NCBI RefSeq assembly: GCF_028725585.1
Contig: NZ_JAQYRV010000150.1
Length of the DNA: 64,000 nt
Strand: one strand, 5' to 3'
From: Ruminococcus flavefaciens
Lineage (GTDB): Bacteria > Bacillota > Clostridia > Oscillospirales > Ruminococcaceae
The translations under genes were made by a program, and so were the position numbers. Below the pieces are notes generated by a model. The model made no database searches. It was not told where the DNA came from and worked only from the letters and a program-made list of their open reading frames with translations. Below are positions 9,501 to 17,654 of this stretch, piece by piece (positions within the stretch are counted from its first letter, which is position 1; each line of letters begins with the position of its first letter).

Positions 9501-9730
9501 TGAACAGCCGCAACTATACCCTCATCACGCTGCATTGCTTCGGTAAAGCTGGTAATTGCAGCCTTTGCCGTATAGCTTGCCTGCGATGAAGCATATGATT
9601 TGTGTGCTCTGTTATTCGAAGCCGATGCAAGTGCAAGCGTGCCCGTCAGGAATATAACGAGCAGCGCCATTACACATACGACCGTAAACAAAACAGAGCC
9701 GCGTAATGTTTTCTTGTTCTCTGTTTTCAT
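6554..9730 (-). CDS. Giant PilX/PilK-like minor pilin, putative tip adhesin (1058 aa)
   Basis: KTLRG|SVLFTVVCVMALL lacks E5, as PilX/GspK do, followed by ...ASSQASYTAKAA. Later repeats (GDLYL, GNIYC, GDVRV, GDLIV, GNLYI) suggest a beta-solenoid. Confidence 0.75.
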   Translation of the reverse strand: MKTENKKTLRGSVLFTVVCVMALLVIFLTGTLALASASNNRAHKSYASSQASYTAKAAITSFTEAMQRDEGIVAAVQNMTGPLYPEVTIKNSAPAAPGTNPDNTMGVVGYYDSSNTWHANRIIVEPMGYYDAGHEGDPAYFHKETNWVYMDDGSGPKWTEVETVKITATCRVAKEEATISAYIKKKGSSGTNVPQTSKIKGLNTAGDGSFANGGMFTGGLGVGLKNSSPSTFLLNNACTAETSLTFVNGDLFAKTGSLSIKVKDSGSTPCSETVINGSLFVPNNPLVQLMSQYKMTSNYTQKQIPYLYVDGGMYFKSTITIVDLEDTSGDIDQPFNVFAGTIETENNLSINGDLYLMDEYNPRKTYKIETDQGDITLTAGDNIIKSSGSNNLYRWAENVATCDKTEDLIASHGGNIYCNGNLTIGAITIDGDVRVMGDCVINKNTTINGDLIVKGNLYIEEESAGKSHLKSVNKIYCDHVFGANAGTSGYRSYNNEYVEASDTQLGNLQKKTLPTRDLLEWNVGSHEGKTPGGEDEEAWKTLYYTWNAEYAPGMKLYQNNDDGSFTYAYADENFTDEAYTFVGNVDDIITSAKNGQLGTWDDKTTYALKTFINVDSGKLENELPHKYHDEYVNEWYTAHIDDGVMKSYPVYLVVVGTDTAGDPIYRETSIQSADDFMWYDSESQTLLTDAETWTHQDAYYLLKNFDGETTNERVGFAVAYYRESDQQLVSEYEATHTKKDSGFDASKITSYASYGAEAYPESMKRENIYGTYDQAGKFTPADAKTKIIKNLDEVRKEMDYDYVAKGFSENVYLTKVPSGHDCSKNAYVKTNPVQRNTDVWSSNGYIKEDCTLKGIAPEVITINPEGKEIWVVLDNFKLDGKDQSTYREIIVDLTNPANGLQEGKVCFLIKGTLNLKGSAIVNKELKDGVAFDYKKDWGIEFFGEKNTKIVCDQQCQFTGSFKCPFTTYKATHNGIYTADYTDEYGVNWKTDTEVTSIDITNNKPPIVGNALFSDIEECQNGFGLYYTESGQSGKSGGGQSAGFNTALGYYELGYFAGS

Positions 9731-9797
9731 TTTTCTAACCGCCTTTCAAGTTATATCAACTTAATAACTATAGCGTATGATGTAGAAATTCCGCATC

Positions 9798-10601
9798 TTA
9801 ATTAGAAGGAACAGTATCAACATCCGGCTTTGCCATTTCATATACTGAGTAAAGTGTTATAGCAATTCTTACATCTGATGTATTTGATATTTTCTGTCCA
9901 CCAGCATCTACTGTTACCTCTTCGCCCTCTTTGCTTTCAGGAAGAGTTACATTTGCTGCCTTTGCCTTCTCCTGACCAAAGCTATAGTCAGAAATCGATA
10001 CCTGGTTGATCACAACCGACTTATCAAATTTCTTAAGTGCTTCAAGATAATCAAACACATTCTTCTTTGTACCGGTTATAGAAATTCCGTACTGTGTCTG
10101 AAGGATAGATTCTTTTGCTCTCTGTTCAACTGCTATGCTCTCTGCCATACGTGCATTCATTGCTTCTGCAAGTGAACCGTTGACATCAGCTGCATTTCTT
10201 AAATCAGCATCGTTATCCTTGATACTATTATAGTAGTATGATATCGGACTAAGCTTTGACTCAGCAAGCTCAACAGAATTTAATTTTACCTTTGTCTCTT
10301 CTGCAAACTTCTGCATATACTTATCAATAACGACAGGATTCTGAACATCACTTACAGGAACGAAGTTAGCTGTAAGTGCATTTGTATCATTATAGATATT
10401 AAGGATCTGCTCCTTTAAAGATGGGATCTGGTTGATCTTTGCTTCAATATCCTTTTTTGTCTTCTGAACATCTGAAAGAGATGCCTTATCTGCCTTGAGC
10501 TCTTTATTCTTAGGCTTGATCAGTGCAAAAAATCCCATAAGGAGAATAGCAACTGCTATAAGAATAGCTGCTATTATCTTATCTCTGTAATTAAGTTTCA
10601 T
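9798..10601 (-). CDS. pilO: PilO-like alignment protein
   Basis: Starts KLNYRDKIIAAILI with one N-terminal TM, then a coiled coil and a ferredoxin-like C-terminus (ISITGTKKNVFDYL); lies directly after pilMN. Confidence 0.7.
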   Translation of the reverse strand: MKLNYRDKIIAAILIAVAILLMGFFALIKPKNKELKADKASLSDVQKTKKDIEAKINQIPSLKEQILNIYNDTNALTANFVPVSDVQNPVVIDKYMQKFAEETKVKLNSVELAESKLSPISYYYNSIKDNDADLRNAADVNGSLAEAMNARMAESIAVEQRAKESILQTQYGISITGTKKNVFDYLEALKKFDKSVVINQVSISDYSFGQEKAKAANVTLPESKEGEEVTVDAGGQKISNTSDVRIAITLYSVYEMAKPDVDTVPSN

Positions 10602-10603
10602 TT

Positions 10604-12196
10604 TCAGTTAGCCTCCTCTGTGTTTTCAGAATTCTCTTCAGGATGATAAGCGCTCTTGAAACCTACAAGCTTTGCACTTGTATCAAATGCGATAACATCC
10701 TTCGGCTCTGCGCCTTCTTTTTCTTCTACGTTGATTCTGTATCCACTATAGGAAGAAGCACAGAATTTCGGATCATTAAGAATACTGTTAACATAATCCG
10801 AAGGAAGCTTCTGAGCATGCTCATCCTTATTCGCATCGCACTCTACATTAAATGTGATCGTACCATCTGAATACTGAGCATTCTTTACCTCGAAATTTTC
10901 GATCTTTTCTTCCTTACATCTCTCTTCAAGAAGTTTATCAAGTTCTTCATAAGCTGCTCCATCGATCACAGGCTGTGAAAGATAAGCATCATTTGCGTTA
11001 TTTACCTTTGTATAATAAGCATTAACTGTCTCTTTCATGTTGAGCAGACTCTGATGATGTGCAAGCTTCTGATTGGTTTCAGGGCTGTTTATAAACTCTT
11101 CGCACTTCTCGATATCATTCTTGATGCTCTTATCGCGAATAAGGAAACCGGCATATACACCGCCTACGATAGCAGCTGAACCGATAAGTGCTGCGAGCAT
11201 TGCTACATTTCCTGAGCTGTCGCTTCTGATCTTGTTTCTTACAGCTGTTCCCAGGTCAGTCTCAAGGAGGTTGATCTTTTCGATCTCTCTGTTACGCTTG
11301 AACATAGCGCCGATAGCGTTTGCATAAAGAGAGAACTCAAGATTTTCATGTCCGTGGATCTGTGGAGGAACATTGATAAGGCTGGTCTTAAGATCGAGCT
11401 TTTCAAGTTCATCTGTAAGTCTTACATACTCATGAGTATCACCGTAGAAGATTACATTCTCGATAGACTCACCTGTGTTACGGCTTCTGTGGAACTGAAG
11501 CATACGGAAGATATTCTCGTTAACGGCTTCGAATACGTAGTCGTCAGAATAACCGTAGTCAGCAGCATCGATAGAAGCGAAACGTGAGAATGAAAGCTGT
11601 CCCTGCTCATAGAGGTTGAGCGAGATGAAGTTGTTGTCGATCTGAACAGCGAGAAGAGGCATCTTTGATCTGATCTTTGTATCAGCAAGAAGAACCTTTG
11701 TGATACAGTTACAGCCGATCATAACTGATCTGAGGGAAATAGTCAGAAGCTTGAACATTTCTCTGTAGCTGTTTACGATCTCATAAGGACACGCTGTAGC
11801 GAGGATCTTGTACGAAGGCTCGCTTACTTCGCTGCTGTCTGCGTCACCGACTATGATGTATGACACGCTGTATGAATCATCAAGATTAAGCTCTGCCTGC
11901 ATCTGGAGCTTTACAGTCTTCTGAAGGTCCTGACCCTTGCCCTTGGCAACTGTCATTTCCTTAAAAATTGTAAGGTTGGAGGAGATCGAAACGATCGCTT
12001 CCTTATCAGGCATCTTGTGCATTTTAATAACATTGTTGATAAGAGTAGCAACTGCAGGAACATCCTTAACGTGTCCGTTAACGATAAGTCCCTCTTCTAC
12101 ATTTACAGTAGCAGCGGAATTGATCTTGATCTTTCCGTTGCCCTCAACGCCCTTAACAACTCGTATATTTCTATCAGTAATATCAAATGAAAGCAT
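10604..12196 (-). CDS. pilMN: PilM-PilN fusion protein
   Basis: Actin-like PilM region (LSFDITDRNIRVV, AVQIDNNFISL, VIFYGD), then one TM (AMLAALIGSAAIVGGVYAGFLI) and a PilN-like extracellular part. The fusion is known in clostridial T4P loci. Confidence 0.8.
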   Translation of the reverse strand: MLSFDITDRNIRVVKGVEGNGKIKINSAATVNVEEGLIVNGHVKDVPAVATLINNVIKMHKMPDKEAIVSISSNLTIFKEMTVAKGKGQDLQKTVKLQMQAELNLDDSYSVSYIIVGDADSSEVSEPSYKILATACPYEIVNSYREMFKLLTISLRSVMIGCNCITKVLLADTKIRSKMPLLAVQIDNNFISLNLYEQGQLSFSRFASIDAADYGYSDDYVFEAVNENIFRMLQFHRSRNTGESIENVIFYGDTHEYVRLTDELEKLDLKTSLINVPPQIHGHENLEFSLYANAIGAMFKRNREIEKINLLETDLGTAVRNKIRSDSSGNVAMLAALIGSAAIVGGVYAGFLIRDKSIKNDIEKCEEFINSPETNQKLAHHQSLLNMKETVNAYYTKVNNANDAYLSQPVIDGAAYEELDKLLEERCKEEKIENFEVKNAQYSDGTITFNVECDANKDEHAQKLPSDYVNSILNDPKFCASSYSGYRINVEEKEGAEPKDVIAFDTSAKLVGFKSAYHPEENSENTEEAN

Positions 12197-12217
12197 TTAT
12201 TCTTTCCACCTTTCCTT

Positions 12218-13417
12218 TTACTCGTTTTCGATGCTCTCCAGTGAGCCATAAAGTGCAGGGTATACACCACACACAACCATTCCTATGATAAGACCCATGA
12301 AGATAAGGAGGATAGGTTCTATCATACCTACAAGACGCTGAACAGCTGCATCTGATTCTTCTTCGTAGTAATCCGATGTCTTTTCAAGGATCGAATCAAG
12401 CGCACCGGACTCTTCGCCGACGTAAATAACCGAGCAGAACATAGGCTCGAATATTTCTGTACGTGTTATAGATGATGAAAGGGTCTCGCCCTGTTTTACC
12501 TCATCGACAACCGTTTCGAATTTCTCATCAACATATGAGTTGCCGAGAATAGCAGAAGCTCTCTGCAGGCACTCTACCATCGGGATACCGCTTGAGTAAA
12601 GTGAAGAAAGTGTTCTTGAAAAACGTCCTGTATATATCTTAGTGATAAGAGGACCAAATCCGGGTCCTTTTATGAGCATTCTGTCAAATTTCTTTCTGAA
12701 GCTCGGTATCTTCATAGCATATCTGAAGCCGAAAAATGCAGCTGCAAAAATAATAAGAAGTATGTACCACTTTGTCTTCAGGAAGTCACTGATAGCCGCC
12801 ATGATCTTTGTGAGAAGAGGCATCTTGCTCTTATCCTCGAACATACCGATGAAAGTAGGCATGATAACTGTAAAGAGGAAGATAACTATTACGATACAAA
12901 GCACGAGAAGTATGATAGGATAGATCATTGCACTTCTGATCGTATTCTTCAGCTTGTTTTCCTTTGCGTAGTGATCAGCCATTCGAGTCATGATGATATC
13001 CAGCGAACCACTGCTCTCGCCTGCGCCGACCATTGAAATAAGAAAGTCAGGGAATGAACCCGAGTGCATCTCGAGAGTTGACGAGAAAGACTCACCCTTC
13101 TGTACATTCTCGTAGATATCCTGCCAGATTGCCCTTGCTTTTTCATTCTCCTGCTCTTTGGTTAGGATATCGATGGCTTTTACAAGTGTAAGACCCGAAG
13201 TAAGCATCGCACTCAGCTGTCTACAGCAGAAGTTGAGTTCCTTCGTACCAAACTTGTAAATTGATTTTGCGTCACCTGAATCGCTTTCCTTATAATCCTT
13301 GACATACAAGCCTTTTTCTTTGGCTTTCTGTAAGAATTCCTGCTCATTCTCAGCATTGATGATTCCTTTTACCTGTCTGCTTTTTGCGTCCTGAGCTACA
13401 TAGGAAAAACTCTTCAT
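12218..13417 (-). CDS. pilC: Type IV pilus platform protein (T2SSF family)
   Basis: FCRQLSAMLTSGLTL, GAGESSGSL, AMIYPIILL, VGEESGALD and EPILLIFMG motifs. Confidence 0.95.
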   Translation of the reverse strand: MKSFSYVAQDAKSRQVKGIINAENEQEFLQKAKEKGLYVKDYKESDSGDAKSIYKFGTKELNFCCRQLSAMLTSGLTLVKAIDILTKEQENEKARAIWQDIYENVQKGESFSSTLEMHSGSFPDFLISMVGAGESSGSLDIIMTRMADHYAKENKLKNTIRSAMIYPIILLVLCIVIVIFLFTVIMPTFIGMFEDKSKMPLLTKIMAAISDFLKTKWYILLIIFAAAFFGFRYAMKIPSFRKKFDRMLIKGPGFGPLITKIYTGRFSRTLSSLYSSGIPMVECLQRASAILGNSYVDEKFETVVDEVKQGETLSSSITRTEIFEPMFCSVIYVGEESGALDSILEKTSDYYEEESDAAVQRLVGMIEPILLIFMGLIIGMVVCGVYPALYGSLESIENE

Positions 13418-13477
13418 GAAACCACCTCCATAATTAATTACTTGTGATGAACGTTTCTCACTGCCTTAATAATAACA

Positions 13478-13506
13478 ATTATAACATTTTAATAGTTACT
13501 TTTCAA
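13478..13506 (-). promoter_or_regulatory. Promoter of the pilC operon
   Basis: Minus strand TTGAAA (13506-13501), 17 bp spacer, TATAAT (13483-13478), with TGn. Confidence 0.75.
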
Positions 13507-13802
13507 TCGCTTTTTTGACATAAATAATCAACCGTTTTTTATCAATATTTACTAATAAATCTACTATCGGTAATATCGGTCAAACTAAACGGTTATTTTT
13601 TACAAAAAATTGACAAACAAGGCAGCCCAACATATGGTATATGCACACGTATACCAAACATTGTTAAACTTCCACAATAATTATATCACACTCACTTTTA
13701 AATTGCAACATAAAAGCTCATTTTTTCATCTTTTTTTTACAGAATTGTAAACTGCGGCAATTTGCTTATTGCTAATTTAGTTATTTTGACCGTTATGACA
13801 AA

Positions 13803-13837
13803 TAAACAAGGCGCTCCCGACAAAAATACGGGAGCGC
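13803..13837 (-). terminator. Terminator after uvrC
   Basis: GCGCTCCCG-9 nt-CGGGAGCGC (13811-13837), followed on the minus strand by CTTGTTTATTT. Confidence 0.7.
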
Positions 13838-13948
13838 AGGCAGTAAGCAGGTTAATTGTTTTTTACTATAGCTGCACCGTTTTTACCATTTCCGCCTCCG
13901 TATACTATTATAATATATAATAATATTACATAATATTCCTGCTGCACT

Positions 13949-15772
13949 TTACAGCTCACGGATAACTTTCCAAAGCTCCTTTGCTGTCTCGATGTTTACT
14001 CCTGCAACAGACGCTATCTCTTCGGAAGAAGCATTTCGCAGATTGGTTATAGTCTTATACTTCATAAACAGCTTCGCTGCTTTCTTTTCGCCTATTCCGC
14101 GTACATTAAGCAGCTCTGAACTGTAGGTCTTTTTCTTGTGGCGCGAGTGCATAAAGCTTACGGAATAGCGATGTACTTCGTCCTGTATACGCGTCACAAG
14201 GTCAAACACGTATTTCAGGCTGTTTATCTGTATCTCTCTGCCGCCTGTTGCAATGGCACGGGTACGGTGTTTGTCATCCTTTACCATGCCGAAAAGAGGT
14301 ATATCAAGTCCAAGTTCACGCAGTATAGGCGCTACCGCGTTCACATGACCCTTTCCGCCGTCGAGGAGTATAAGGTCAGGCTTTCGGGTGAAATACTCAT
14401 CGCCTTCACCTGTCACGATGTGCATGAGCCGCCTTTTGAGGACTTCGTGCATACTTCCGTAGTCATTCTGGAACTGCTGTTCCTTTATGGTAAAGCGCTT
14501 ATAGGCTTTTTTCAGCGGTCTGCCGTCCTCAAACACTACCATTCCCGCAACCATTGACTCTGAGGAAAGGTTCGATATATCGTAAGCTTCAATATATCTC
14601 GGCGGCTTTGCAAGACCGAGACTCTGTCCAAGCTGTTCAAGCGCAATGACTTCTTTGCCTGTACGGTCATTCTTGATAGCCGCATATTCGGCACTGTTGT
14701 TTTTGGCAAGCTTCAGAAGCTCAAGCTGTCTGCCCTTCTGCGGCACATGGAGCTTGACCTTGTGTTTTGTCTGCTCTTCAAGCATTTTCGTAATGAGTTC
14801 GCTGTCCTCGGGAATATGGTCAATTATGACAGAATGGGGTATATCCGGCTTTTTGTAGTAAAATTGCAGCATGAAACTGCTCAGGATATCCTCGCCCTTA
14901 TCGGGAAGTGGAAACTCGAATACAGCTTTGTCAAACAGCCTGTCCTCACGATACATGAGCACGGAGATGTAAATTCCGTCATAGAATTCCGCAACACCTA
15001 TAACATCCGCAGAGTCTACGCCGCTGTTGATTATCTTCTGTTTTTCCGAAGCCTTTTTTACTGCCGCTATCCTGTCGCGGAGCATTGCGGCTTTCTCAAA
15101 CTCAAGATTTTCAGCCGCCGCATTCATTTCCTCTTCCATGCGCTCGACTGACTCTGCACTTCCGCTTTTAATGAACTCCACTGCCTGCTCTACTGCATTC
15201 CTGTAGTCTTCGGCACTTATCTTACCTCTGCAAACGCCCATACACTGCTTGATATGATAGTTGAGGCACGGACGGCTCTTGCCGAAATCCTGCGGAAATT
15301 TCCGCTTGCAGGTTGGCAGCATGAACACACGGTTAGCCTCATTTACAGCCTCTTTTGTAATAAATCCGCTTGTATACGGACCAAGATATCTTCCGCCCTG
15401 CTTGGTGTTTTTTTCGTTGGTTATGCGAGGATACTCATCATCTGAAATTCGGATATAGTGATACCCCTTGTCATCTTTCAGAAGGATATTGTACTTGGGC
15501 TTGTGCTGCTTGATAAGACTGCACTCCAGCAGCAGAGCTTCAAATTCGCTGTCTGTTACGATAAAATCATAGTCATATACATTCGACACCATCGCCGCAA
15601 CTTTCGGCGTATGGTCAGGATTTTCACGGAAATAACTGCTGACACGATTGTGGAGATTTTTTGCCTTTCCGATGTATATTATGGAGCTGTCCTTTTTCCG
15701 CATTATATAAACGCCCGGCGAAGTCGTCAGCTTTGACGTTTTTTTCCTTAGATACGGTAATCTCGGATTCAT
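13949..15772 (-). CDS. uvrC: Excinuclease ABC subunit C
   Basis: GIY-YIG N-terminus (PGVYIM...IYIGKAKNL), UVR domain, EAYDISN, LILLDGGKG and C-terminal HhH (GIGEKK). Confidence 0.97.
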   Translation of the reverse strand: MNPRLPYLRKKTSKLTTSPGVYIMRKKDSSIIYIGKAKNLHNRVSSYFRENPDHTPKVAAMVSNVYDYDFIVTDSEFEALLLECSLIKQHKPKYNILLKDDKGYHYIRISDDEYPRITNEKNTKQGGRYLGPYTSGFITKEAVNEANRVFMLPTCKRKFPQDFGKSRPCLNYHIKQCMGVCRGKISAEDYRNAVEQAVEFIKSGSAESVERMEEEMNAAAENLEFEKAAMLRDRIAAVKKASEKQKIINSGVDSADVIGVAEFYDGIYISVLMYREDRLFDKAVFEFPLPDKGEDILSSFMLQFYYKKPDIPHSVIIDHIPEDSELITKMLEEQTKHKVKLHVPQKGRQLELLKLAKNNSAEYAAIKNDRTGKEVIALEQLGQSLGLAKPPRYIEAYDISNLSSESMVAGMVVFEDGRPLKKAYKRFTIKEQQFQNDYGSMHEVLKRRLMHIVTGEGDEYFTRKPDLILLDGGKGHVNAVAPILRELGLDIPLFGMVKDDKHRTRAIATGGREIQINSLKYVFDLVTRIQDEVHRYSVSFMHSRHKKKTYSSELLNVRGIGEKKAAKLFMKYKTITNLRNASSEEIASVAGVNIETAKELWKVIREL

Positions 15773-15802
15773 ATTACCCCCTCTTTCTCATTGCAAAATA
15801 TA

Positions 15803-15861
15803 AAGCCATCAGCCTTTGGCACTCAGCTGTAAAAAGCTAATGGCTCATGACTAATGGCTAA
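15803..15861. repeat. Inverted pair of degenerate heptamer tandem arrays
   Basis: AGCCATC-AGCCTTT-GGCACTC-AGCTG faces AAGCTAA-TGGCTCA-TGACTAA-TGGCTAA. The arrays are mutually complementary and overlap the stop codon of the neighbouring gene. Confidence 0.55.
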
Positions 15862-16397
15862 CGGTGCTTTCTCACCTGTCTGCGGATATATCTGAACACC
15901 TCGTCCTCGCCCTTGTCCCGAAGCATAGTAAGCAGAAATTCCAGCTTTGCAGCTGTTGACTTTTCTATCTTACGCTTAGGCTTTGCGCGCAGGTAATATT
16001 CCAGCGGCATGGACTCGTTATAATTCTCTTTGTTGTATATCTTTGATGCCGCAACACGATCACAGAACATCTCAAATATGAATATATCAGGCATTTTCAC
16101 AGGTTCCATGAGCTTAGTCTTGGGATTATAGTCAGTCCAGTATTCAAAGTGGTGGCGGTTGCGTCCTTTATGGTGCATCCACGCCTTTGAATAGCCGTCA
16201 ACTTCCCTTTCACGCTCATTAGGACTGCGGTTGCCCTGATAGTAAAGCACCCCCGGGATAAACTCTGTAGGCGAAAATTTTGACAGGTCATGCACAAATC
16301 CGCGCCACGGTATACCTGCCTTTTTACAGTGGATAAAGACCTGATGTCTGTGCTGCTGAACAGTTTTCAGATGCCCGAAAAAGTTTTTTATTATCAT
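15858..16397 (-). CDS. HD-like His-rich protein (DUF5662-type)
   Basis: HRHQV...VHDLSK...WMHHKGRNRHHFEYW...EMFCDRVAA. ATG at 16397 is 7 nt from GGGAG. Confidence 0.7.
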   Translation of the reverse strand: MIIKNFFGHLKTVQQHRHQVFIHCKKAGIPWRGFVHDLSKFSPTEFIPGVLYYQGNRSPNEREREVDGYSKAWMHHKGRNRHHFEYWTDYNPKTKLMEPVKMPDIFIFEMFCDRVAASKIYNKENYNESMPLEYYLRAKPKRKIEKSTAAKLEFLLTMLRDKGEDEVFRYIRRQVRKHR

Positions 16398-16401
16398 CAA
16401 G

Positions 16402-17442
16402 TCACTCCCTGTTATAACTGCCTCTTATGTCAAGAACACTTTCCTTTTCGATAAGTCTTCCGCTGATTATACGTCTTCCCTCGGTATATGTTGGGTCTGC
16501 AAGCTTTTTTGCCATTATTCCCACAGAGACCTCAGCCATTTTCGCAAGGTCAACCTCAACAGTAGTTATCGTCGGAATACATATACTTGACACTGTATAA
16601 TTGTCATATCCTACAACGCTTATATCATCGGGAACACGTACTCCCTTAGTCTTCAGCGCCGAAATAACGCGAAATGCAGTCTCATCGCAGTTACACACAA
16701 AAGCTGTCGGCATATCGTCAGGAAAATCTATCTTTTCATTGAGTATGCCCTTTTCATTTCTGTCGCCGATTATCCATTCTATGCGGAAATCCAGCTCATT
16801 TTCCATAATGCACTTTATGTATCCCAGATATCTGTCATTGATACTGCTGGTTGCATTGAGAGTGCCGAAAAATCCTATTCTTCTGTGTCCCTTTGAAACA
16901 AGATAATCCGTAAGCATATAGCCGCCGTTGAAGCTGTCGGAAATTACGGAATCTATCTTATATCTGTTGTCGTAGAAATCCACGAAAATAAGCGGTATAG
17001 TGAGCTTGCTGAGGCACTCTATATAGCTTCTGTGGACCTGTCCGATAACGATAACACCGTCAACCTTGCCGTCAATTATCATATTCGGCAGTATGCCGTC
17101 CCTTTCGCTTTCAGCGGTAACGCACTCATAAACAGTGCAGACATTCATCTGTGAAAGCTGATTGGATATACTTGCCGTAAGCTCCCAGTAGAAAGTACCT
17201 CTTGCGCCCACAAATCGCTCAGAAGTGAGTATTCCCACGTTTTTGCTTATTTTAGGGATAGTCATGCGGCGCTTCTCGCTCTTTGTATTTGAAGGCTTAT
17301 AGCCCATTTTTTCTGCTGTTTCGCAGATCCTTTTTCTCATCTGCTCACTTACGCCGTCGCGTCCTGCAAGGGCATTTGACACCGTTACTACGCTGACACC
17401 AAGTTTAGTAGCGATATCGAGCATTTTCACTCCGTTCTTCAT
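16402..17442 (-). CDS. LacI-family transcriptional regulator
   Basis: HTH MLDIATKLGVSVVTVSNAL and a periplasmic-binding-protein-like domain (AFVCNCD, VPDDISVVGYDN). Confidence 0.92.
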   Translation of the reverse strand: MKNGVKMLDIATKLGVSVVTVSNALAGRDGVSEQMRKRICETAEKMGYKPSNTKSEKRRMTIPKISKNVGILTSERFVGARGTFYWELTASISNQLSQMNVCTVYECVTAESERDGILPNMIIDGKVDGVIVIGQVHRSYIECLSKLTIPLIFVDFYDNRYKIDSVISDSFNGGYMLTDYLVSKGHRRIGFFGTLNATSSINDRYLGYIKCIMENELDFRIEWIIGDRNEKGILNEKIDFPDDMPTAFVCNCDETAFRVISALKTKGVRVPDDISVVGYDNYTVSSICIPTITTVEVDLAKMAEVSVGIMAKKLADPTYTEGRRIISGRLIEKESVLDIRGSYNRE

Positions 17443-17485
17443 AAAGTCCCCCTGTCTGTTAAGTCTCCAGAAAGCTGTCTGAAGC

Positions 17486-17538
17486 TTAATATCAAATAAT
17501 CTGATAAAAATCGAATTAAATTAATATTAACTATTATA
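17486..17538 (-). promoter_or_regulatory. lacI promoter -10 with two candidate palindromic operators
   Basis: TGn-TATAAT at 17538-17533. TTAATATTAA at 17521-17530 and a 1-mismatch copy TTAATATCAA at 17486-17495. Confidence 0.45.
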
Positions 17539-17622
17539 TCATGCTTTAAGTGATAAATAAAGTAGTTTTGTGAATTTTGGAATATTTGTCAGTTTCAACA
17601 TAGGTTTATTGTCTTTTACAAC

Positions 17623-17651
17623 AAAAAAACTGCGGAGATGTTTCTCCGCAG
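17623..17651 (-). terminator. Intrinsic terminator
   Basis: CTGCGGAGA-4 nt-TCTCCGCAG followed by T7 on the minus strand. Confidence 0.85.
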
Positions 17652-17654
17652 CCG

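Noticed and set aside
10604-12196. PilM-PilN fusion as a novelty
   Set aside because: Already described in clostridial T4P loci such as C. difficile pilMN.
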